Positions 7,851-16,138 of a DNA stretch of 64,000 bases are shown piece after piece. Positions within the stretch are counted from its first letter, which is position 1; every line of letters begins with the position of its first letter. A program made the position numbers and the translations under genes. The DNA comes from a virus. Under the pieces are notes generated by a model. The model was not told the origin of the DNA. It saw nothing but the letters and a program-made list of their open reading frames with translations, and did not search any database. The stretch is from positions 82,742 to 146,741 of the IMG/VR virus record IMGVR_UViG_3300047994_000087. The stretch is one strand, 5' to 3'.

Positions 7851-8405
7851 CTATAAATCTCCATGGAAGTAGTCCATAAGCAGCTCTTCAGAAGCCGCAA
7901 AGCGCTTGTCCATATCTTTGAATTCGGCTTCATTGGTGTAGCCATAGAACGGTATGTTCAGATTATGACAAAGCACATAGATGTCATAGACCACTTCTCT
8001 TGCCTGGCTTCCATAGCCACTCAGTAAGGACACGTGTACTTCTCTAACGTAAGTACGTGCATTAGGTATTTCAGGCTTGTCGCTGAATATGCGATCTTCC
8101 ATCTCTGAACGTCTGTACTTATCAGTGCCAGCCATCCAGTCGACAGCGTGCCCAGTGTAGCGATCATTGAACTTGTTCCCATCTAGAACTAGCACAGCTG
8201 TGCAAGCTCCATCTTGGAAGAACCCATTAGTTTTACTACGGGCAGCGCTCATGCAGTATTCACGTGTTGTGTCAGGAAGGCCATCTACTCCAGTGTGCTT
8301 TAGATGAAACAAATTCTGCTGCAATATAGACAGCGCATTCTCTCGGCTTGTCGCATGGAAGAGAATGTCCGACACTCGTTCTAAGATGTGACGTGCTCTA
8401 CTCAT
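7851..8405 (-). CDS. Leader-tagged ADP-ribosyltransferase-like protein, paralog of 6901-7515
   Basis: LFHATS, LVLDG.KFN.RY.GHAVD and EMEDR.FS blocks shared with 6901-7515. Confidence 0.6.
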   Translation of the reverse strand: MSRARHILERVSDILFHATSRENALSILQQNLFHLKHTGVDGLPDTTREYCMSAARSKTNGFFQDGACTAVLVLDGNKFNDRYTGHAVDWMAGTDKYRRSEMEDRIFSDKPEIPNARTYVREVHVSLLSGYGSQAREVVYDIYVLCHNLNIPFYGYTNEAEFKDMDKRFAASEELLMDYFHGDL

Positions 8406-9145
8406 TAGTTGCGCTCCCTCTGGACAAGCACCTTACGGTACTGAGAGAAGTTATTCTCAACCCAGAAGACAACGTCCGCTAATCTGTCCTCTGTATGGAG
8501 CACTCTGTCAGTCCGCTTATCTTGGACTTCCCAGCCACTTCCATTCCACCAGATAGGGACAAAATCTGTAGCAGTCCCTGCTACGAATACAGTTTGATAT
8601 TCCTCGTCGCCATGGTGTCTGACAGTTACTCCAGAAGCACGGAACATCACAGCATCACGTCCATAATGATCTCCTTCTGCTGGACGTAAATTATCGTCAG
8701 CAAAAGCAAACACGTAAGCGCTCAAGGGGTCACGAATGAGCTTAGCACTGTTCTTGTAATAGGTGGTCAGACCTAGCCGGTCGAAGTCCTCTAGGCCGTA
8801 CTTGAATCCCTGAGCAATGATGTCGCTAACGTTGTTAGACTTGTGAACCATCCATGTGTTGTGTGTGATCTCATCGAAGTCCATGAACATGTAAGAAGGG
8901 TCATCCGGGCTGTCAAAGCGGTTGTTGTCAAACACCCACTTACCAAACTTGATACGTTCTTCTTTAGAGAGGTCATCAAATTCTTTGCCGTCCTCAATGC
9001 CCTTTTCCTGCGCGTAATTCTCATACTCATAGGAGTGTGAGTAGGAGATGTCGTCAGCCTTCTCATCATCCGTCATGGTGAGATAGTTCTTGAACCAAAT
9101 CAACGGATTACTTATGTACTCTAAGATTTTCCCAGCCCTGGTCAT
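8405..9145 (-). CDS. Leader-tagged protein with an ART-like domain (MTRAGKILE)
   Basis: WMVHKS...DIIAQGF, YVFAF, HYG, DEEYQ. Confidence 0.55.
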   Translation of the reverse strand: MTRAGKILEYISNPLIWFKNYLTMTDDEKADDISYSHSYEYENYAQEKGIEDGKEFDDLSKEERIKFGKWVFDNNRFDSPDDPSYMFMDFDEITHNTWMVHKSNNVSDIIAQGFKYGLEDFDRLGLTTYYKNSAKLIRDPLSAYVFAFADDNLRPAEGDHYGRDAVMFRASGVTVRHHGDEEYQTVFVAGTATDFVPIWWNGSGWEVQDKRTDRVLHTEDRLADVVFWVENNFSQYRKVLVQRERN

Positions 9146-10179
9146 CTATGTGTCTCCACTCGCAAAATGGCAGACACAGGCACCCTCACATCTTCACCTT
9201 CTCGACGACTGATCCACTCACGCTCGTCGTCTTTACACATAAATGAATCTATCTCAGCTTCCTCATAGTCCTTCTCACAGGCATCGTCATAATCATCGTC
9301 GTCATCAAAATCTTCAGGATCTAGTGAGCATTCATACTGCTCTCGCCACCCTTCTCCAGCTATGTACGACATCTGATCAGGATGCTGCCTTGCCCACGAT
9401 CTGGTATATTGAACTTGCTCAAGTTGCCCCGCAAGAGCGTTCTTATCCACAGCAATCACACAGTCTCTGGCTGATATGTCATAGACCCATGGCTTCTCCG
9501 AGAAAGAGACAAAACCCTGTTGCCCTGGTCTGAACACACCGGTGCGTTTGATCTCGTCAGCCACGCTGAATGATGTTGTATGGTACAACTCCTGCGATTC
9601 TAATATCTTAGCCGCTCGTCCGAACGAAGACACTTGTAAGAATGCCAACACTGTGCTTGCTCTACTCTCAAACTGATAGCCATCAACTCCACGAGAATAG
9701 TCATAAGCTTTAACTTGTCCATCACGGCTTATGCCTACTTGCCCTGCATCGAGTTTGTTTATCCATTGAGGGTCAAGATCTGCCTGGTCATAAACACCAG
9801 CTTGTAAGCCCGTCTTGAAGCGCATCAGTTGAGTGAGCTTCTCCATCATCAAGACTTTCACTCCATGAATTGCAACCATCTCGCACTTCGCATAGTGGCT
9901 CATTGGATGCCGTTTGAATATGTCATATTCTTTCTGATTGTCAGACTCCCCCTCCAGATCAAGAGGCATCTTCACCACGTTCTCTCCAGCATCAAAGACA
10001 ACTCTGTATGCCCCAATACCAATTGGTTCCCCATATTTAGTAGTCAGGTCTTCCAACAGCGTTATATAAAGATGGAGTTGGTTCGGTGCGTATGCGAACG
10101 AAGCAGCTACATTTGCAGCAGCCTTCTGATAAATTTGATTATGGTCACGTTCATTCAAGAACTCAGAGGCTCTACTCAC
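9142..10179 (-). CDS. Leader-tagged fusion: kinase-like domain plus ART-like domain (MSRASEFLNE)
   Basis: IGIGAYRVVF..VVK..N..E (Gly loop, Lys, Glu) and YDY; internal RAAKILES followed by LYHTTS..I...G, FVSFSE, DEREW. Confidence 0.65.
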   Translation of the reverse strand: MSRASEFLNERDHNQIYQKAAANVAASFAYAPNQLHLYITLLEDLTTKYGEPIGIGAYRVVFDAGENVVKMPLDLEGESDNQKEYDIFKRHPMSHYAKCEMVAIHGVKVLMMEKLTQLMRFKTGLQAGVYDQADLDPQWINKLDAGQVGISRDGQVKAYDYSRGVDGYQFESRASTVLAFLQVSSFGRAAKILESQELYHTTSFSVADEIKRTGVFRPGQQGFVSFSEKPWVYDISARDCVIAVDKNALAGQLEQVQYTRSWARQHPDQMSYIAGEGWREQYECSLDPEDFDDDDDYDDACEKDYEEAEIDSFMCKDDEREWISRREGEDVRVPVSAILRVETHR

Positions 10180-10191
10180 CGGACTTACCTC

Positions 10192-10386
10192 TTAGTGAAT
10201 AGCTCTTGAGTCTTTCTTCCTAGCTCTGTTCATGGCTCTTGCTAATGCCTGTTCAGGATGCTTTCTGTCTTCCTCATCATCCGCAGCCTTCTGTGCTGCA
10301 AGCTCAGCAGCCGCTTTCTTAGGGTGCATTAGTTTAGAGATCATGCTGCGCTCAGCCAGGTCGAGTAATTTTCCAGCTCTAGTCAT
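10192..10386 (-). CDS. Leader-tagged small charged protein (MTRAGKLLD)
   Basis: ORF with the motif. Confidence 0.7.
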   Translation of the reverse strand: MTRAGKLLDLAERSMISKLMHPKKAAAELAAQKAADDEEDRKHPEQALARAMNRARKKDSRAIH

Positions 10387-10828
10387 TGTGCTTTTCCTCT
10401 TTGGCGCGAGCTTTTAAGTCATGATGAATGTCGTGATCCGACTTGCCACGGTAACTGTCCACGGTCTTGTCGAAGTCACTGTCCGAACCAGCATGCTTAT
10501 CTAAGTACTTACGCACGTGATGGTGTTTGTCGGCCACATGGTTCATAGCTGTCACCACTCTATGTCTCTCCGGGTCGTGACCGTCATCTTTATAGATGGC
10601 CTGGGCATTGTAAGGATGGGACAATTTCTTCTCTAAGTCCTTACCTGCATGTTTAACGTGGTGAGCTGTCTTCTTAGCTTGTGCGTCTAGACTACGTTCA
10701 AAAACCGACCGATCTGCACATGGAAGACAAATTCCTTCTTTTATCTCACCACCAAAGAGAGGCTGCTCACAAGTTTGACAAACGTGTTTCCAATCCAATT
10801 GTTCTAGTAGACGACCAGCTCTACTCAT
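10379..10828 (-). CDS. Leader-tagged protein with a CxxC..CxxC zinc knuckle and His-rich tail (MSRAGRLLE)
   Basis: CQTC...CLPC; His/Lys/Asp-rich C-terminus. Confidence 0.7.
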   Translation of the reverse strand: MSRAGRLLEQLDWKHVCQTCEQPLFGGEIKEGICLPCADRSVFERSLDAQAKKTAHHVKHAGKDLEKKLSHPYNAQAIYKDDGHDPERHRVVTAMNHVADKHHHVRKYLDKHAGSDSDFDKTVDSYRGKSDHDIHHDLKARAKEEKHND

Positions 10829-10995
10829 CACTTAGGTCTCCCAAAAATAAGGTCTTCAATCACTTGGTCGAGCAGGGAAAGGGCTGTGTTTGTTTTGCCG
10901 CTGTCCACCATCTGTCTGATCTCTTTCAGACGGTCGAGAGTGCTGCGCTCTTCATTCATTGTCGTTTGAGACAAAATATCTGCTGCTTTACTCAC
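10828..10995 (-). CDS. Leader-tagged 55-aa protein missing from the ORF track (MSKAADILSQTTMNEERS...)
   Basis: GTG start at 10995 overlapping the upstream gene end, TGA at 10828; fills the gap and carries the motif. Confidence 0.7.
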   Translation of the reverse strand: MSKAADILSQTTMNEERSTLDRLKEIRQMVDSGKTNTALSLLDQVIEDLIFGRPK

Positions 10996-12508
10996 CGACT
11001 TGTTCCTCTGGAATCAGGAACTGCTCAATGTCAGCATCAGAGAGTTCTTGTGCCTCATCTCGCTTGATGTCTGGTGCAAACTTATCCCAGAGAGCGTCAT
11101 ACATGATGCCCACTGAGCCACTCTCGTAATCATCATCGAACGTGGCATAGTTAGGGCTGTAGGGACTTGTACTTGCTGCGGAGTAGAGGTTACTCCACTG
11201 ACCACTATGGAAGTGATCTCCGAAGTACTTGATAGCGATCTCAGCATCATCGTCGCCACCATCTCTCCAGTCGACCAAACCACTCAGATGGCTCTTTAAG
11301 TAATCCATCATCTCTTGCTTAGTTGGGTCCATGGCTTCGTGCTTTCCCTGGTCTCCAAGCCTCAACTTGGTGCCTGCATTACTTTTGAAACCAACATGCT
11401 TAGGTCCTGTGTCAGTGACCTCCCAATCAGCCCCATAAGAATCTTGCACCTTATCACCAGGATTGAGTTTCTTGGAGCCGTGGAAATGATCGTGCACATG
11501 TGAGTACAGATCGTTGTGCGCTGGGTTCTTAGGACGGCCTTGGTCGTCATACCAAGTAGCCTCAGCAACAACGTCCTCATCCTTCTCACCACCCAAGTCT
11601 TTATCATCCTTTGGGTCCTGTGCGTCCTTCAGTTTGTTGTTGTCCTTGCCTTGCTCTTTGGCAGTGGATTCCCAGCTGGCTTTCGTCTTCGGTTTGGCTT
11701 TACGCTTAGCTTCAATCTCTTTAGCCTTGGCCAAATGATCCATCCCGGCCTTCATGTGGCTACCATCGGCATCTTCGTCTTCACAGTCGGAGCCTTCCTT
11801 AAGCACTGACTCTCCCATATAATTGTTGATGTACTCTTTTGCACGTTTAACGGTCGAGTGCAGCGTGCCCCCATGTCCGTCCGGCATGTGCTCTGGATGT
11901 GAAACTGTGTAGCCCTTAACTTTACGGTGAGTGCCAAAGCCTAACTGGGCTGATAGATTATGCGAATCTGGCAGTCGGTGTCCTATCTGTACGCCAGAGA
12001 AGGGCTTTATTGTCCATCCCTTGTGTTCTATGTCTTCATCGACAGAATCTTCCTCAACAGCCATGGCAGCTTTGAGCATGTCTGATGCGGACTCGTTCTT
12101 AGACACTTTATACTTTGGCTTGGAAGAGACTCTGTCCTTAACTTCGTCGTCTGTAAGGTCCGACAAGTTAACTATCTTTGTTGCTCCGTTTCTGAGCACC
12201 ATAATGGACCTATTTCCCTTAGCATCCATGCCTTTGTAATCACGGTGGGTGTTATTCCAAACAGCGTCTAAATGGTCATCACGTTTGGCTTCATTCTTCG
12301 GACCACAACCACACGCACCTTCTCGCACAACGTCTCGTCCAGTCAATTCCTTGATCATACGAGTGGCTTCATCGTGCTTCATAAGGCCGTTCAGTTTGAC
12401 ACCAGCACAGGAAGAAGCGAGCGACTTCTCCGCCATATTAAATCTTTGTCGATCTGCTCTGGAGAGATCATCGTCAAATGACTCAAGGAATTTAGCGGCC
12501 TTACTCAT
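10988..12508 (-). CDS. Leader-tagged multi-module acidic/basic protein, possible internal head polyprotein (MSKAAKFLES)
   Basis: Motif ATG at 12508 preceded by GGAG; repeated x-x-E-[SAG] junctions. Confidence 0.7.
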   Translation of the reverse strand: MSKAAKFLESFDDDLSRADRQRFNMAEKSLASSCAGVKLNGLMKHDEATRMIKELTGRDVVREGACGCGPKNEAKRDDHLDAVWNNTHRDYKGMDAKGNRSIMVLRNGATKIVNLSDLTDDEVKDRVSSKPKYKVSKNESASDMLKAAMAVEEDSVDEDIEHKGWTIKPFSGVQIGHRLPDSHNLSAQLGFGTHRKVKGYTVSHPEHMPDGHGGTLHSTVKRAKEYINNYMGESVLKEGSDCEDEDADGSHMKAGMDHLAKAKEIEAKRKAKPKTKASWESTAKEQGKDNNKLKDAQDPKDDKDLGGEKDEDVVAEATWYDDQGRPKNPAHNDLYSHVHDHFHGSKKLNPGDKVQDSYGADWEVTDTGPKHVGFKSNAGTKLRLGDQGKHEAMDPTKQEMMDYLKSHLSGLVDWRDGGDDDAEIAIKYFGDHFHSGQWSNLYSAASTSPYSPNYATFDDDYESGSVGIMYDALWDKFAPDIKRDEAQELSDADIEQFLIPEEQVGE

Positions 12509-12666
12509 CTGTATCTCTCCGAACGGGGGCACCAAGTTATTAACCTTGATAATAAGTCCCGTCTATATAGGTACGGGAAAACCAGAGAAATTAACTTCCC
12601 TGGCCCCGGATCGATGATGTGCGTCGATGAAATCTAGTAACTTGAGCTTCTAGATTAACACTTAGC

Positions 12667-12894
12667 TTATTGGTGCTTTGGAAACAGACCTCTATTTATG
12701 TCAAGCCTATAAAGGTCCAATGAGTGCATGACACTAGAGAGCTTCAGTATTGTCTGGTCAATGTCCTTAGCAAACTGACCTTCAAAACCAGGAACGTCTG
12801 GAGCCATATCCTCTATCTTCCGTAAGTGGTCGTAGGTCTCAGACAAGGAATAGAGTGCTTTGTCCAACCTCTTCACTATTTTCTTCCTACTCAC
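12667..12894 (-). CDS. Hypothetical protein
   Basis: ORF with GTG start and GAGG SD; only a weak resemblance to the leader. Confidence 0.6.
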   Translation of the reverse strand: MSRKKIVKRLDKALYSLSETYDHLRKIEDMAPDVPGFEGQFAKDIDQTILKLSSVMHSLDLYRLDINRGLFPKHQ

Positions 12895-13181
12895 GCGCCC
12901 ACCTCGGTCATCGACATAAACTGCTTCTTCATTTGTTTCCGTTGTGACTTAGCGTTTCTATCAAGAAGGTCGTCTCGCGCTTGGTCAAAGGCAGCCACAA
13001 TAGATTGACCCAAGTCCGTAAAGTCGCTAGTAACTCCATACATCTGCCACCGACCAGAGTACTTAGCCTGTACCTCTACGTGCCATCACCCATGTCTCCA
13101 GAATTCGATCTTCACCCGCACACCGCAGTTCAAACAATCAAGAGTAGCCATCTGCTCTTTCAATAGATCATCTATATTCAT
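12891..13181 (-). pseudogene. 96-codon hypothetical gene with an internal in-frame TGA
   Basis: ATG overlaps the thyX stop, frame ends overlapping the next start; single TGA at 13086-13088. Confidence 0.55.
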
Positions 13182-14029
13182 GCCGGTTGCTCCCACGGAA
13201 GGACAGTGATGTTTTCGTCTGCCAAATATTTCCTGTACTGCTTCCATCCTTTGAAATTGCCCAGGTAACCTCCATCGTATGAGGAGGCTGCGTGCTCTAG
13301 TGCGGACCCATGCATCGGACGACTCTTACACAGTTGGTCGTGGAGGGCCTTGTCCTTTTCTCTGCTGGGATGAGTGCCGTCGTGGTTTAAGTAGGACACT
13401 CGTGCGCATCTAGCTACTGAGCACTCTATAAGCTCTTGTATGTCGTCCCCATGCTCTTCAAAATCTTCCCACTCTAACTGATTAATAAAAGGAAGATGCC
13501 AGCGACCATAATCAAGTAGCTTCGGTACAGAAGCTCTATACGCTTCCCTCATATCTCTGGCTAACAGGGCGATGTGTGGCTCAGCCATGGGGTGATCACG
13601 CAGAGCAAAGAAATTGGCGTAATCAGTTGCTGACAAGACAATCTTTGTGAACATCCAGCTCTCCAATAACCTGTTTACGGTCTGCTTGTGCAACCCATAA
13701 TCAAGTAGCCGTTGTGCTCTGTCCACAGCTGCATCCCTGGCTTCAAGCCATGTGATTTTGCATGCCTCAATGGTCTCTGAATCTAACTCTTCTCCTGCCT
13801 GCATGCCAGGTTTATTAGAGCCCCAATGAATAGGAATGAATGGTTCTTCAACCACTTGCTTGATCATTTTAGCTACAGGGATGGCACGGCTGCTGGAGGC
13901 GTTCCTACTGAACATCCTGTGAGTATTAAATTCACTCAGCACTATACGAGGCAGTGTCAGAACAAAGGTGGTGAGCCGATCTCCTTTAGGATTGACTGAG
14001 TCACAGATTACTTGTGCTGATATTTTCAT
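13178..14029 (-). CDS. thyX: FAD-dependent thymidylate synthase
   Basis: EFNTHRMFSRNASSSRAIP, HKQ.VNRLLE, SVARCARVSY, H.SALEH: phage Thy1 motifs. Confidence 0.9.
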   Translation of the reverse strand: MKISAQVICDSVNPKGDRLTTFVLTLPRIVLSEFNTHRMFSRNASSSRAIPVAKMIKQVVEEPFIPIHWGSNKPGMQAGEELDSETIEACKITWLEARDAAVDRAQRLLDYGLHKQTVNRLLESWMFTKIVLSATDYANFFALRDHPMAEPHIALLARDMREAYRASVPKLLDYGRWHLPFINQLEWEDFEEHGDDIQELIECSVARCARVSYLNHDGTHPSREKDKALHDQLCKSRPMHGSALEHAASSYDGGYLGNFKGWKQYRKYLADENITVLPWEQPA

Positions 14030-14743
14030 TTACTCTTCATCCTCCGCATGTTCGGCATCGAATCGGCTCCACGGAATTTTCACACGGGTACTTATTGACT
14101 CATAGGACGTGAGACCATATTGTTTGATCCAACCATCCAGGTAGGCTTGCATCTCTGTAATTGCTTCATCTGGTATGTGGTCATAGGCGTCTTCATACAT
14201 CTGTTCCGTTTCGTCTTGAATCAAACGATCAGCGTCAAAACTCATATGAACTTCACGTGTCAGGTGAGCATACTTAGGACGCCTCTCCCTATGATAACCG
14301 GCCTGCTCGTTTTCATAGTCACACTCATAGGTATTGTCGTGAATGGACTCCATCATTTCGTCCATGTCGTCGTAATAGTCATCTCCAACATTCAAGCAGT
14401 AGGGATGGTTAGGGATCTCCTCTTCCGATACGACCTTGATTTTCCCTTCTGCAATCTGCTTTTCCTCTAAGCATTCAGAACACAATTCCCCAACATAAAG
14501 GTGCCAACGGGCAGCGCCACACCCGACACAATTCTTTTCTTTGTTCCGCTGCTCATAGGGCACGCAATGATGAATGTCGCCGTCAATATTTTCCTTGTGT
14601 TTATCCACTACCTTGCAATTGGAACAATACCAAACGTGCGACTCTTTCATAGAGCCATCTTCAGTCTGATGGAACAAGGGCATGGCCTTTGTCACCACGT
14701 ATGGTTTTGGTTCAGGAGTTACTGATTTGTGTCGTTGCATCAT
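14030..14743 (-). CDS. Hypothetical Cys-rich/acidic protein
   Basis: Three CxxC pairs, acidic C-terminus. Confidence 0.65.
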   Translation of the reverse strand: MMQRHKSVTPEPKPYVVTKAMPLFHQTEDGSMKESHVWYCSNCKVVDKHKENIDGDIHHCVPYEQRNKEKNCVGCGAARWHLYVGELCSECLEEKQIAEGKIKVVSEEEIPNHPYCLNVGDDYYDDMDEMMESIHDNTYECDYENEQAGYHRERRPKYAHLTREVHMSFDADRLIQDETEQMYEDAYDHIPDEAITEMQAYLDGWIKQYGLTSYESISTRVKIPWSRFDAEHAEDEE

Positions 14744-14980
14744 TATGCTCTCCTATCTGCCCACGGAGGTCTTCTGCCGCTTTTGGCATAACTGTGGTAT
14801 CGCTGGGCCAGGGCTTCTGGATTACAGGCCACACGTCTCACTGCCGGATAGACCATGTCCAAATCTTCCGCCATGTACCTAAGAGCTAAACTTTGAGCAG
14901 CATATTCCGCCTTCAACCATTCGTTCTCGTCAATGGTGTGGCAGCTAAACCTGAAAAACTTACCAATGTTTTTCCACATA

Positions 14981-15176
14981 TTAATTTACGCTCCAGTACG
15001 TAGTTGAGAAATTGGTGGCGCCTTGAGTCTTGAAGAACTTCATAGCTTCGTTCAGCAGCTCCTCAGTGGAGTAATGCCCTATGTGCAGGACATACGGGGC
15101 CTGTGGGCCATCCTGCTTCCTCACCTCAACATAAGCAGTCAATCTCCAGTATGCTTGATTGATTGATATTAGCCAT
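14981..15176 (-). pseudogene. Small gene frameshifted at an (ATCA)3 repeat
   Basis: Removing one 4-bp unit gives a 63-aa ORF MANINQAYWRLTAYVEVRK...WSVN that fills the gap. Confidence 0.55.
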
Positions 15177-15516
15177 CTCTAAATCCTTCATTCGCAACTA
15201 TCCGTCAAACAATAGAACACTGATTTCAAAGTAAAGAACTTTGGTTGCACTGGCTCAGGATCGTTCTTCTCATACCAATCAAGCGTTCTTAGATGCCTGT
15301 CGTGGCCCTGTTGCATTCTTCTCTGTTGGTTACTCCAAGCACACCACTTATCGGCGTAGTTTATTGGCTTACGAGGAATCAAAATCTTATACAGATGAGG
15401 GAACTCTTGGCCCTCACTGATACTCAGAAGAGGAAAGATCTCCTCAATGGAATCATCCGGCCCAATGGCAAAGAACTCATCAGTGTTGTCGACATAGAAG
15501 TATTGATCGCCAGTCA

Positions 15517-15894
15517 TCAGTCCTCCCCCGCTGCTTCGAACACCATGATCCCCAGTCTCTCTGCCTGTAGTTGGCAATCAGCAGTCCCACGGCCACCAGG
15601 AAAAACAACGAGCATATCCACATCCTTGTCTAACATTTCCAGCATTTTGTAATTCCGAATGACTCCAGCGCCACGCCCGTACTTGCCCCAATTTGCTTTT
15701 ACGGTTTGATGCTCTACGTCTCTGTCCATCGCCCAATAACGACCCAAACGATCAGCCCCTTTCGCACCGCCCTCAATGAGTAATTCAATAGGCTCTGAGG
15801 CGTGCACTTCATCGAGAGCCTTGTACAAGAACTCCTTATCGTCGTAAGTGCGGCCTCCTGTAACAACGACCTTCATCAAACACCCTTTATGCAA
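15517..15894 (-). CDS. SLOG/YspA-like (DUF2493) protein
   Basis: VVVTGGR.Y.D, IEGGAKGAD, ANWGKYGRGAGVIRN, FPGGRGT. Confidence 0.85.
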   Translation of the reverse strand: MHKGCLMKVVVTGGRTYDDKEFLYKALDEVHASEPIELLIEGGAKGADRLGRYWAMDRDVEHQTVKANWGKYGRGAGVIRNYKMLEMLDKDVDMLVVFPGGRGTADCQLQAERLGIMVFEAAGED

Positions 15895-16138
15895 CGATAG
15901 TCATGGATGCCTGCACGTCCTTCGGACACTGCTTCTGCCTCAAGATACTCCTGGCAGAAAATGAGTATGCCCTCTGTTGATCGTCTCACAGCAAGATCTT
16001 CTCCACACCCAAACTTGTCGTAGTAGCCAATGGAGTATTGGTCACCATCCTCGGTTGGCTGGTGTGCATCTAAATAAACATTCTCGTGCTTAAGAAGCAC
16101 ATGCATGACGGCACGTCCAAGTGTTTCGTATGCATTCA

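Noticed and set aside
12667-12894. Fifteenth member of the tagged array (MSRKKIVKRL)
   Set aside because: It lacks the A-x-x-hydrophobic-L-E pattern and lies upstream of the intergenic gap, coupled to the thyX gene block.
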